64,000 nt of DNA. Source: Convolutriloba macropyga (Eukaryota). The notes below the pieces were generated by a model that was not told where the DNA came from, made no database searches, and worked only from the letters and a program-made list of their open reading frames with translations. The position numbers and the translations under genes are program-made. This document shows positions 50,301 to 63,041 of this stretch, piece by piece. The DNA lies in NCBI RefSeq assembly GCF_964194025.1, contig NC_134475.1, positions 10,168,001 through 10,232,000 on the forward strand, written 5' to 3'. How positions within the stretch are numbered: position 1 is the first letter of the stretch; the number at the start of each line of letters is the position of its first letter.

Positions 50301-52370
50301 TGGGTTGGAAGTGATATTTTTGTCAATACAGTCTGGGTTGTTTGAACGTTCCCGTCCGATTAGTCGGCGCTTTGAGGGGGGAAGTAATAGAAAATCGTCT
50401 TATGTTGTCACTGGTAAATATCTGTATGCCTACTGGGTGCTCAAAACAAATTTACATAAAAGCAATTCTAAAAAGTGGCCCTTGTAGTGGTGAGTTGTCT
50501 CGCTTTCATTTTTATTGAAGAAGAATCTCACACGAGAGGGGTAGCATAAGTGATGTATAGCCACACCTCCGCTCACTATTCTATCAAGTTTTGATGTTCC
50601 TCCTGCTAGACAAAATACAGTCCAAATCCTCCTTGATATTTTGTATCCGGTTCTATATCTTTTCCCCCCTACATCATTTAACCCCGCGGACTATTCCCAA
50701 TTCATACGTTGTTCTAATTTTGGGTATAAAACCCGAAACTTAATGCCATATTTGTCTCTAATTTTGATTGCTAATTTTGCAAATTATTTTAAGAATTTCA
50801 ATCGGGGTGAAATAATGATAGAGGGTCGAATTAATCAAGGTTAAATGGCGGGTGAATCAATGCGGATTAAATAAAAGGGCGTGTGAGATTAATAAGGGTG
50901 GAAAGGCGGGAGATCTTGGTATCCATGTCCTGTGAAAGTTGGATCTCCTGTCTGTAAAGAGGGGGCGGGGGGGGGGGGGGTAGAATTAGGAGCGCAATCA
51001 GTCCACCTGTGCACAAAGTAGCTTCCCTTTTCCAATATGGAGGAAATTGGGCGGTTATCTTGTGTTTACCCAAAGTGCCTTTGTCAGCCCTAGTATGGGG
51101 GTTCGTCTGTGTGCTCAATAAAACAACAGAAAAGTGATTAGAATTAACGGATACTTTGTCTCTGAAAATAGCTTAGATGCAATTCAACCTATGAGTATAG
51201 TATGATCAGGTTTTCAAAACGAAAAGTTGCAGGTTTTACGCGCCTTGGGTTTTCATCTTAAAAAATACTTTGATCCCAAAAGAAGATTTTCAATACAATG
51301 ACAAATTCTACAACGAAGATATTAAATTAAAGCAAATATCACAGTTCTTGAGTTTAAGGAATGATCACGTTAAACTAGTGTAAGCTTAAGTCTAAATGGT
51401 ATGCTGGCTCTCCATAAGCTATTTTGTGACGGTTGGAACTTTTGACTTGCCCTGGTCCAACTATTTGTTATGTGCCCTATGCAACTGCTGTTCAAGTGCA
51501 TAATTTTGTGCATAAATATTTTTTAAAAATAGCCTTTATTTTTGTTAGGTAGAAAGTTATCGGAATGAAAAAAGTAATAACACGATTCAGCTGCTCTAAC
51601 CAAAAGTGTATCTTCAGATAGTTAGTTTCGAATTTGAGCCTAAATTGTATCTTATTTGCGATTATTTTGCTGGTATTCTAAAGAAGGGACACTCAAAAAT
51701 GTTTGAAGGATGATGGCCTTTTAGAAATATTTAGTTCCCACAGTTTAATAAATTTATATCTCTGAAGAGTGATTACTTTTTGTTGATTTACTCAAGAATA
51801 CTACAATTATCATTGAGAACTTAATCACTGACAAACTATCTTTCTTGACACCTCAAAAGCAGCGGATAACCCATTCAGCGACCCATTGTCGATTTATCCA
51901 GATATATTTTCGTAGTTTCTTGTTATCTCTGAGGCAGTTCTTTGCAAGTTGTGAGAAATATATGAGAATGGTTTTGACAGGGCTTGAAGAGCGGATTATG
52001 CGTCTGTTTTTGACGTTTTCCCAATCGATTCTGCTAAATAAAAGAGATCAATGTGTGCAGAATGCTTATTGCGTTCATTCCTTTAACCCAATTAACGATG
52101 ATTTAGGTTATTCGATGATTTTAATGAATTTGTTTGTATTTGTATTTTTGAAAGTGCTCGCGTTTGTGTTTTTGAATGAGCATTTGAGTTTTTCAGGAAG
52201 GAATATTTTGTGAAAGCAAGCTTTTAAAGACAATTTTGGGTTCACTGTACATAACTAATTTTGAAAAATGACCGTTGTACACAAAGCCGCTTTCTGTAAA
52301 GCGACACAGTTGGTCGTTTCGGTCGTTGGCGGAAAAGATTTTTTAGAGCAGCATGTACTCACTGGAATTA

Positions 52371-55300
52371 TTGTTCCGACCCCCACCTAAGTGGGGAGGG
52401 AGGAACTATATACTCAACTGGGTTTTTTTTGTTCAGTCAGATTTGGCCGACCGATATATTCATCGTAGAGAATTGTGAGTGGTATCATTAAAAAGCCCGT
52501 CCAGCGTAGACTCTGGAATTAAAAAGATTTTTTCGATTTTCGTTTTTTACAGGGAGTTATCGAGGTTTAAAGTTTTGTGAACATTCGACTGTTTTTGTTC
52601 ACATTTTCAGTAATTTTTGCTAAAATTTGGCACAATTTCGCTAATATAATATAAAGTAAGTTAAAATTTTGTTGTTGTTGTTACCGTTAGAGATAGAAGA
52701 GCGTTGCTGAATTGTTTGATTGAAATTTTTTTGGCTAAAAATTTTGAGAAAATTTTCAAAATTCAAACTTTTTTCATCAAAAATGGCACAAAATAAGCTT
52801 TTTTGGTCCACTTTGTTAACGTTTACCAGAATTAGTGACCTAGAAACCTTAACACAGACTCCTTAACCTCAAAAAGAGCACTTATTGCAACAAGGTGCCG
52901 TGTGAAAGTCTTCTGGAATTAAAAATTTGCCGTTTTTGCAGATTTAACTCGATAATTATGCAAAATGCATATTTTTTCAATATTTGAAGAATTCCACTCA
53001 ACAATTGGTCTAATTCGCAAATAATTGGAACACTAGGTTGGTTTGCTGGGCGCGCGACAAAATCAGGGAGAGGTTAGATACTATCATGGGCTCTTTGAAT
53101 CAGAAACTTTTTGGTTTTTGTTTTGATGCTGCCTTTTTTCAAAATATTTTGCTTTTGTTTTTAACGTTAATTACTGACAATATTTTCATTCACGGCTCTG
53201 TTAATGACAGCTCCAATTTACGTAAATTTGAGGCCAAATGTAGATACAGTTTGTTTTCAGAGAACCAAAGGGTTTTTATGGCTTTGAGGAAGAGTTTTAG
53301 TAAAATTTAACTGAATTATTGTCTTTTGCCTTTAATTGTTATTATTTTAGCAGTCTGATTTCTAAATTTAGCCACTCAAAGATCTAAATTTTTTTCTCAA
53401 AAGGTGCAAGTGAACCTTTTCTATTCCTTGGGTTGTTACCTAATGTCTCTTATGTTATTGAATGTATTTCTTTTAAGGAAAATTCTGTGATTTTTTGAAC
53501 TTGTCAATTTTTTATAATATTTTAGACAACATTTTGCTTATCCTCAGTAAGTACAGGTCAACTTTTCCTCCCTATAGAATAAAAACTAATTTTTCGGCCG
53601 ATTGTTTTAACAGAAGATTTTCTTGCTTTTGTTACTACGAGTTTTCATACAAAATTTTCTGATTTTTGTGCAAAATTGCCCATTCTTGCTGTTGTTTTTG
53701 TTTATTTTGTGAATTGTCACACTATATAACAATCTAACTGAAAAAATTTTTACAACAGTTGAAATTGAACGTAATTTTTGTTTTCATTACTATGGTTTGA
53801 AGGGCTACGACACTTCTCTTGCAGAAATTGGAGTTTTTTTTTATTTTTGCCCTGTATTTGTTGTTAATTTTTGTTGTCATATGCAAAATATTGTGTAATT
53901 AAAGGTCTCAGTGGCCAACTCTATATAAACAAGAGAACTTAAATAAATGATATTGGTAAAAAACTAATGGCTGGTTTGACTTACAAATTATTTTTCTAAA
54001 AAAAGTGTAATAGTATTCTTCAACTTGTCCCTTTTTGTTCTCGTTTGCCGTTTTCTTGGTATTTTATAATATTGTACCATTTTCGTAAATTAGATTCATT
54101 ATTTAGAGCTTTTTTAAATGTTTCTTGTACCAAACAATGATTTTTCTGTTGTTTAAACTTTTTAAATGATGTCTTCAGGACTTAGACGATTTGTTTCAGC
54201 AGAATTTTGTGAAGTTTAGATCCATTTCAGTTTTCGTGGTTCTTTTTGTTGTCTTTTTGTGATAGTCGTTTTACAAGAAGGTGTTACGCTAATCAAAGGA
54301 GACGCAAATGAAGATGTTATATTCGCGTGGTTAATATCTTATGGTTAATCGCGGTTAAATTTAATGGCTTCAAAACTGTGGTTTCGTAAAGTTGTTTGTG
54401 AAACTTATTAGTTCAGCTTGTATTTAATGTTATTTATTAGCCTTATGATTTAGCCTCATTAATAACAGTCGCAATTAGTATTCCGAGTAATTGCAAGACA
54501 AACTGTCTACTCTTTTAGTCGAAAGCTTTTTTTGGCTCTAAATTTTGAAAATAATTATTTTTAATAAAAAAAGAGATAGATTTTTGAGATCTGCCAATTT
54601 TATTTCTGTTTATTGTGGCTAAGCATCTCTATATACAATTCACATCATTTATCTTTTCAAATACATTTTGCTCTTCATCACGGTTTTATTTTCCTCAAAT
54701 GGTCTTTTTTCTTGAAATAACCAGTTTTCACAAAACCGATTTTCGGGATTTTTGCAAACTTTCCTCCTTTCTGTAGGTTTTTGTTTTTTTCTTCACAGTA
54801 TCACAATGAAGGGTGTCCTTTGACTTACAAATTTCGTAAACTGCAAAAAATGCAAACGAAGATTTTTTTTGTTTTTAGTGATCAGCTTAATATTTAATTG
54901 TTTGGGGGGGGGCATTGTTTTCGCGCATAATTTTTCGTGCAAATTTTTCGTTTTTACCTGTATTTGTCGTTCTTTTTGTAGTCTTATGAGAAAGGCCTCA
55001 GTCGCTCTCTATTGAGGTATAAATGACTCTCTCAATGATTTCAATTGATGCGTAATGTTTCTAATCAGTTCGAATTCAATTCTTTTTTTAAAAAAAAGCT
55101 GTGTTTTCATAAATTTTTGCCGCTTTTGCTCATTTCTAGTCGACTTCTTGCCAAGTCGCATTGAGGAAAAGTCCCATTTTTTGTTCCCAATAAGTACCGG
55201 TTAATCGTCTTAGTATAATTTTTATCTTATTCCTTTTTGATTTGGTTATTAGTGGTTTTCAAAAAAATGGACAAGGAGTTTTGGTCGTAATTAATATTTG

Positions 55301-55530
55301 TAACTATTTGATTTTTATTGCCCTTTTTTTCTGGTAGACATATTTTGGATAGTCACAGGTCTCATAGGCCCTCTAGAGTAGATTGTTTTATTCTTTTAGT
55401 AGTTTGTTGAACGATATGTTGATATGTTAATTTTTTTTATCTCTTCCTCATTTGGTAGACAATTAAGTGAAAAATGTAGATGAGCGGGGTCGGAACTTAA
55501 TGTGCAAACGCACATTACCGAGCCTCCTTG
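52371..55530 (+). mobile_element. HINE-like family C copy, ~3.1 kb
   Basis: ttgttccgacccc ... gggtcggaac + hairpin aatgtgc-aaac-gcacatt + accgagcctccttg. Confidence 0.74.
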
Positions 55531-56698
55531 TTCCGTTTAAATTTGTATACAGTTTGTATTTTTGTTGGAAATAAGTTATGTCTGCTATTTTTGAGTTCAA
55601 AAAATAATAGGAAAATTGTAATGTTGAATCAAGTATTCGCTCTCATGAAGCAATTAGAGATTTTGTCAATAACCCGATATATTTTTTGTAAATGATTATT
55701 GCAGATATCAAAATTCTATCTTTTAGTACCGGTGGCATTATGAAAGCATTCCTGGTTGATATCATAATTCAAAAAATTATAAAAATAAAACTTCATATGT
55801 CGTCTATGAAAAGCTGTCATCTTAGGACTTTGGAAGTTCTAAAAAATTTTTTTAAGAAATCCTAAAATCGGCTGAAACTAAACGCAAACTATAGTAAAAA
55901 AAAATCTGGAATTTTCCAGTGACCTCGTATTTATGGAAAAGTTGTAGTCATAGAATTTCATACAGAATTTTTTTTGGCAACCTGAAACTGAGAGATCACA
56001 ATTTTGGGATATTTCGGAAATTCCTTGTTCTACAGTCAAATGTTTCTTAAGCAGAACAAATGTTGCCACAGCAAACTTTTTCAATCTCAAATCTCTATTT
56101 TGCTGCTTCTTTGTCGTTATTGATATGAGCGAAGTTTAGAATTATTTAACAGCTGTCAGTAAAATAAAGAAAATAATAGGAAATTTGCCGGAACTAGCCG
56201 AACTTGAAGTAGAAATGGTCGTTTCTGAGTAATGACTATTTGGCGTGGCTGTGAACAGGAGAATTAAAAAATTTTTAATAGCAAAATCAGATTTACTCAA
56301 TATTCAATTTCTCGACGAGACCACGCTCATAGAACATTAATCGTTCAGAAATTGATTCAGATTTTCAGTTCTCCTCTTGGTCCCAGCCACACCAAATACA
56401 CATTACTTTTCTGTGGTTGACTTTCTGTCAAGGAAAAATTGCAATGATAATAATAGCTGTTATTGATAGGTAATTTCTATGATAAATTTCTTGATGATAA
56501 TTAAAATTTTAGGATTTGAAAAGTGAAAGAATTAGTCCAATGTCAAATCAGAAATTCAATCTTTGTAATTCGTTTGTCACTCGTTTCTGTAAGCTTCATA
56601 AACTATTAACTGAACAAAGTGCGCTTATTTGAGGATATTTGCAATTACCGTGTCAACAGAAAACGTTTCTGATTTCACATTCCATTTTTAGAAGTAAC

Positions 56699-57700
56699 AT
56701 GTGCCGACTGTATTTAGAGGCTGGCAAAATACTCCATAAAAACGCACACGGAACTGGCCCCGAAACTCAATTAAGGGCTCTACTGGAAAATGACAAGACT
56801 TGTATTTTCAAGAAACGACAGTGTCTCCGTGCACTCGTCACAATTGTGAAGAATAATGAGACGCAGTTGGCGAAACAACTGCTGAAAGCAGAATCAGTCG
56901 AAAAAAGCGACGTTAAACACAAAACTGAAAAGTATTTCACCCACGCTGTTATCTTACAAGACTTTTGCAATCGGAATTTTAAAAAGCGCCTTCAAAAACG
57001 CTGTCCATTTCACGATGTTGAACACGCTCTGCAGGAGTTCGCATTTGCGAATCGTAAAGGCAGTGGAGTCGAGAAAAGTGGCGAAAATGGTGGGGATTTT
57101 ACAAATTTTGGATTGGCTCAAAATACTAATGACGAATTCTCCTCAAATTTTGCAGACCCTGCTTCCTTGGAAAGCGGACATAGTGGCCTCGAAACTATTA
57201 AAGAATTCGATTATCTTCGATTTGTCAGCTCTAGTTTTAGAACTTCTGGTTATTCTGCAAATATTCGCCGAGCATCGCCGCCTTCGTCATTCGAGGTCGA
57301 AGTCGAAAACTTGGATCCGAGCACAGAAGCTATTAGTCTAGTAGAGAATAAATTATGCCTAGAGAGGAAATATTTATCGAGTCAGGAAAGTAATGACTGT
57401 TTAATACGCGCTATGAAGGCACTAACTCCCGAACAGTTCATAGTAGACCCGGTGCTACCCAACTTGTTCATGTTTGCTCGTCGAAGCAGGGTGAAAAAGA
57501 GCCCGATGTTCAAACAAGGTTTGTTCTATTCGCAAGATAGAGCCAGTGCCATGGCAGCGCATGTGCTTGGTGTTGAGGAGGGTGGAGTAGCTATGGATGC
57601 ATGTGCTGCTCCAGGCAGTAAAACTTCCTGCATTTTAGACTGCTACCTTAAAGGAACGGGGAAGTTGTACGCCGTGGAAAAGGATGCATCTCGGTTTCAG
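56699..57700 (+). CDS. NSUN5: rRNA m5C methyltransferase NSUN5/Rcm1, exon 1 of 3 (joined 505 aa)
   Basis: LYLEAGKIL N-terminus, FIVDPVLPNLFMF, QDRASAMAAHVL, SAM-binding motif DACAAPGSKT, AVEKD..RF; donor CAG|gtatc. Confidence 0.9.
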
Positions 57701-58374
57701 GTATCGCTTGTTTTTGCTCGTAGTTTGTGATTTCTATTTCGGATTCCATGTTCCTCGAATCTACCAGAATTAATAATGGAATAGTTAAAAAAAAAGAGGA
57801 ATTGAGAGTCGAAATTGGATTCATTTTATCCTGTACTATTTTATTTTGCTTTGACATTCTTTTCTTGAAATTAAAGCATAACGAATAATTTTACGGCCGC
57901 TTTTATTTTGACGTCACTTGAGTTGAGTTAAAGGTAATAGCGAAAATCAAAAATAAATTCTTTTGCTTTCATAAAATTTGGTTTTATGAACAGGCTGATG
58001 CGTTAAAGCCTCTCAAAAACGTATAGTTGATTACTGATTTTTTTTGAAAAAAATCTCATCAACATCAGAAAAATAATAGCGCCAGTCAATTAAGGAAACA
58101 ATAAAGAAGCAATGAAAAAATATTTATTTTAACTTTATATTTTTAGATTTTGAAGATCAGTTGGAGGAAATTTTGTGAGATTTAGTTGATTATGAAGGAA
58201 TAATTTCTTGCATTTTTAGATTGTTCTCCATATGCGATTCAAAAGATTCAAGATATGATCGGTAATGAAGATTTTAAGTTTTATTATCTTGAGGAAAATA
58301 TTAATCCTACTAAAAACTAACTAGCAAGAGATATCCGTCTCAATCGTTGTTGTGAATTTATGTCTTTTGTTCAG

Positions 58375-58573
58375 ACTCTGCAGAGACTGCTCTCCCGGTT
58401 TTCCAATGTGGCTTTCCTCAACGAAGACTTCACCAGCCTTGATCCGAGATCGTACGCTGATGTCACTCATATTCTTGTGGATCCTTCCTGTTCGGGTTCA
58501 GGCATGATCGGCTACAAGTCACACCAGGCAGACACAGAGCCACTGCACCAGGCCAGACTCATGGCCTTACAGA
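58375..58573 (+). CDS. NSUN5: NSUN5 exon 2
   Basis: ttcag|ACT..A|gttagt; EDF..DP..HILVDPSCSGSGM (motif IV Cys, NSUN5-type DPSCSGSG). Confidence 0.93.
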
Positions 58574-58833
58574 GTTAGTAGTAGCTTGGCGACTTTGACA
58601 ATTACGATTAGCTTCACATTATTGAATAATTGCTTGTTAAAAGTTAACTTTAAAAACGATGAGTTTGGTAGATTTGAGGGATATGTTGTATGTATAATAT
58701 TTGCTCGTGTGTTAAGAAAAGTATCATCTAGTGCATAAAAATGATTTGGTAAAAGCACCCCTATACATTTTTTGTGCGTAATGACAGCAGGCAGGAAATT
58801 CTGATCACAGGGACTGAAAACAAAGCCACATGT

Positions 58834-60377
58834 ATTTGCTCTCGAACAAAATTTGAAGCAATGATTGTAAATGTGATTTTTTTGCACAATTTTTGCTTGA
58901 CGGTTTTCTTCTAGAACATTCTTTTGATTTCACTTCTCGTGTGACTTTTTCACGCTTCACTTTTTCAGTGATTTGAATTGCGCGCATTCAGCAATTAAGT
59001 CTGTTTCTAAAATAAAACCGATTGTGAAAGCTGACCGGGTATAGCCCGTGTAGCGTTAATGGTGAATGGCCAAAAGTCTCATCCAGGAGGGCGTTATTTC
59101 GAACCCCTCACTTGTCAGAAGATTTCTTGTAAATTTTGTGCCTCGCCAGTCGTTCAAGAGCACGTCATTAATTGCTCTTGAACGAAGTTCATAGCAATTA
59201 TTGTAAACGTGTGTGTCTTTTTACGATTCGAAGAGGAGTATTGAGATTCTACTGGTTTTTTTTAGCAGAAAGCAAGTTTGTTCATGACTTGAATTTTGAC
59301 TTCTTTCTATTCGAGCATTTACCTCCGTTTTTGATTGTTGACTTCTGTTCTCGAACATTGGACTTTAACAGTAGCTTCGTTTGTAATGTATAGTAATTAG
59401 GAACTGCTGGTAATGTTCAAGGTGAAGAGGTCATTTTGAGAATTTTTTGTTCCTATATAAGTCACCCCTAATTATCTAAACTACACCGCACAACCCACCC
59501 CCCCCCCACCACCTATCTATCCCTTAATTGTTCAGTTTTGAAAGTTCTGGTGCAGTTGTCTTTACTTTTATAAACAACCCCCCCCCCAAGAGATCACCCG
59601 CAATGTTTTGTTCGTAATCGTTTGGGCTCTTCCCCTGTAATCTATGTATGTTAATGTACAGATTGTTAAAATAAGTGGTTTCAAGGTTTTCTTCTGGAAT
59701 CTTTCTGGAATGTTTCTTGGTCAAATAAAACTGCAGAACACGGTCAAATAAAGTGAAACGAAAAAAACCGTTTTATGTTAAATGAATGAAATTCGGTTTG
59801 AATGTGAACTACGGAGTGGAAATTCGGTTTGAATGTGAACATTATGGCCAAATAGCACAGTCGGCAATGTATATGAAAATGGTTATGAAGCGGGAGGTCA
59901 GTGGTTGGAATCCAGGTGGGGGTAAATGTTTTTCCACCCCCTGTCGTTCGAGAGCAATTCTTCCGACATTAGTCGGTTAATTGCTCTTTAACGAAGTTCA
60001 TAGCAATTATTGTAAACGTGTGTCTTTTTTAATGCAAAATTTTTGCTTGACGGTTTCGACTTTTCGAGTGACTTTTACGCCCTTAACTTTTTGCGTTTTG
60101 CGTTATCTAAAATTTCTTAATCACAATTTCAAGCTGCTGAACTCAATTGGCGGCAATTTAATACTAAAAGTCAAATGAAAAGTGAGCCGAAACTGGTGCC
60201 ATTTTTCACTTTAAGTCTTAAAAGTGGTATATCTTAACCTCTAATGTGGTTATTTGAAGCCAACTATTGAACTTCTTAGTCCCATTTAGGCTCCTCCTCC
60301 CCCCTACCCGGACTGAAGCAAGCTGCAATTGATTAGAGCTTCCACGTTCGAGAGCAATTCTTCCGACGTTTAGTGGG
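58834..60377 (+). mobile_element. Three tandem HINE family B units in NSUN5 intron 2
   Basis: Unit starts at ~58834, 59170 and 59979 (attgctct-like); 3' ends at ~59163, 59976 and 60377; tRNA-like cassettes at 59044 and 59846. Confidence 0.78.
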
Positions 60378-60435
60378 TTATGTTTGTCGTTGTCCAACGT
60401 TAGTGGGTTTATATTTATTGTAGACCTCATTTTAG

Positions 60436-60752
60436 AATTTCAAGCGCAGCTGCTACTGCACGCTCTATCATTCCCTGGTGTCCAAGTGGTAGTCTACAGC
60501 ACATGCAGCATCAAGTCAGAGGAGAACGAGCAGGTTGTTCAGTATGTCCTCAGGCAGACTAACGAGTGGTGCCTGGAGACAATTCCAAAACACTATAGCT
60601 CATCCAGGGGCCAGGAAATTTTCACAGAAGTAGCCCCACATTGCATCAGATTTTGGCCAGCGAAAGACTTCACCCACGGATTTTTCATTTGTAAATTTGT
60701 GAGAACTGAAAGTTATATGTCTAATACTATAGGTCAGAAAAATTCAATATAA
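60436..60752 (+). CDS. NSUN5: NSUN5 exon 3 (stop)
   Basis: tttag|AA; FQAQLLLHALSFP..VVYSTCSIKSEENEQVV (motif VI Cys)..THGFFICKFVR. Confidence 0.93.
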
Positions 60753-63041
60753 TTGTTCTTTTTCCCCAGCTGAAAAAAGTAATGAAAAGAGCTGAAAGAG
60801 ATCACACTTTTCCATACTTAGATGTATTTAGAGCGTCTTGGTCGCTCTATTTTTACCTGACCTAACCTTGTTGAATTTTGGAAGCATTCGAAATCTTGAA
60901 CACTGAGCAGCTGAGGAAATGGAGTCCAGTTAGTACAACTTTTTTATTAGCTACAAAGCGATAGGTGAGGCTATTATTTGCCTTCTCGTGGTTTTTTTAT
61001 ATTCCAAAGTATCTGGATTAAACTGGTGCGCCGTGTTTTTTAAAGATCTGTTCAAACTTCTTTCGGCCTTTTCACGTCAGTGAGAAGTCAAATAAGAGTG
61101 ATGATTTTATTCACGCTGGAGTAGTAAAGGGAGCGAGAAAGCGAGTAGGTTTGTAGGCTGATTTTTTCCAATTGCTATTAATTTGATACACATGTCTTAT
61201 AATTGAGCCTACTTGCAATTTCTTGAAGTTAGCAAAGGGCAGCAAATGTTTTAAATGAATTTGACACCATTTGTTAGCATAGAAGTTTAGTGATCATTTG
61301 ATTTTTGCCCTTTTAATTATTATTTCTGTTGTCTTAGCACTTACTATGGTTAATTACGGGACTTATTTGTTGCTAATGAGGATTAAATGAATCTAATTAA
61401 TGGTTCGAGACCATGGTTTCCCTGACTTTGACACTATTTGTACTATTTGATACTATTTGAATGAGTTTTGGCAGTATTTGTTGTACTTTTTGTTATCTTT
61501 TCATTTGATCTTTTTAGGGACAGCTCTCATTGGTTGCTAATAGGAGTTATTCTAATTGATTTAATTGTTTCAGTTCAAGGCTAATGCTTTCTATGACTTT
61601 GCCACTGATTGATTCCAGAAGTATCGAAGTTTTGAGTTCTGTGATATTTGATTGTCCACTTTGTTATGCCCGTGGTTTCATTAATGACAGGTCTCATCTG
61701 CTGTTAAGGGTGCCTAAATTATTGCAATAAACTGAGTTCATAGCTTTTTTTTCTATGACACGCTGTTCGTTTTCAACAAATTTGAGAATTGTTCGAGTTT
61801 TTCTAGCAATTATTTACATATTGCTTTTTTTGCACTTTATTTAATTAACTACAAGCCTTATCGGTTGCTAATGAGGGTTTGACTAACAGAAATTAATGTT
61901 TCAGTATAGCTTTTGCTTTCCTTGACTTGACTTTTCCACTGTTTTTTCAGAAAGTATTAGTGGATTATGAGTTTTTGCAGCAATTGGTTTTATTTTTGTT
62001 GTCTTATCATTTAGTCTCATTGAAGAACAGATTCATTGGTGCTAATGAAGAATAAGTGAATCTTTAGTGACTTGAGTGGTTTACAGTTTTTAAACTTTTC
62101 AAATTAAATTTTTTTTTATTCTTGCATTTTGCTGTCTTTCTTGCTGTCTTTCTTTGTGATCTTTTCGGCTAATCTACAAAATATTGGTTCTTATTGGCCT
62201 CCTAGCTCGATGCAATTTTATTCACTTTATCGAATCCACTTTTCAATTTACGTTTTAATTGGCCGACTTTTGCTTATTTTCTAATGTTTAAAGGATTTTG
62301 TTATTTTGGTCTCTATTTTCTAGTTCCACTGTCTTTTTTTCAAGACAGAACTTCTAAAAAAAATGTTTTATGACTTCTAAATTTTTATGATAGGTTTTGG
62401 TTAACGATTTTGGCATGTAGTTTTGAGGTTCTCTCACGTTGATGTCTCTTACTTCCAAATATATGTTGCTTTTGCCTATTTCTCTAGTTCTCCTAGCGCG
62501 AAGTTCTCCTATTGTGTATTCGTTCTAGGGATCTGTAGAGTCAAAATCACATTGTTTTTTCTCATTTTCAAAATTACGATTGTTTTTTGTGAGTCTTAAA
62601 ACACTAGATCTCGGAGAACAAAATTTTTGGTTTCCGTTTAGAATTTGTCCGTTTTTACGCAAACAGGGTCATGGGTTTTGTTGACTGTCATAGTTTGACG
62701 TTGCTGAAAAAAATGCTAATTTTGAAGTCGATAGTTTTTTCTATTCTTTGGATTGTATTTCAAGACCTGTGCTACTGTTTTTTTATCTTGCCATAAAGCG
62801 TAAATGGTCAGACGTGACGTCACTCTAGAAAATGGTTTCGCGCAACGAAATTTTTGTCTCATTTTTTGTCCCAAAATATGTTCCCATGTTTTTAATATTT
62901 TTCTGTTGCGATCTCTGACTACCAAAGAAAGACAAGAGCTTGAATAATCTTCTTAAAAATTTTATTTTAAATTAGTTTTATATACATTTATTGACGAGCG
63001 GCCTATCAAAAGCGCCAGTAGGAGCACAGTAGTTGCTGGAA

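Noticed and set aside
52371-55530. Autonomous Helentron (Rep/helicase)
   Set aside because: No long ORF or HUH/helicase motifs in any family-C copy; non-autonomous only
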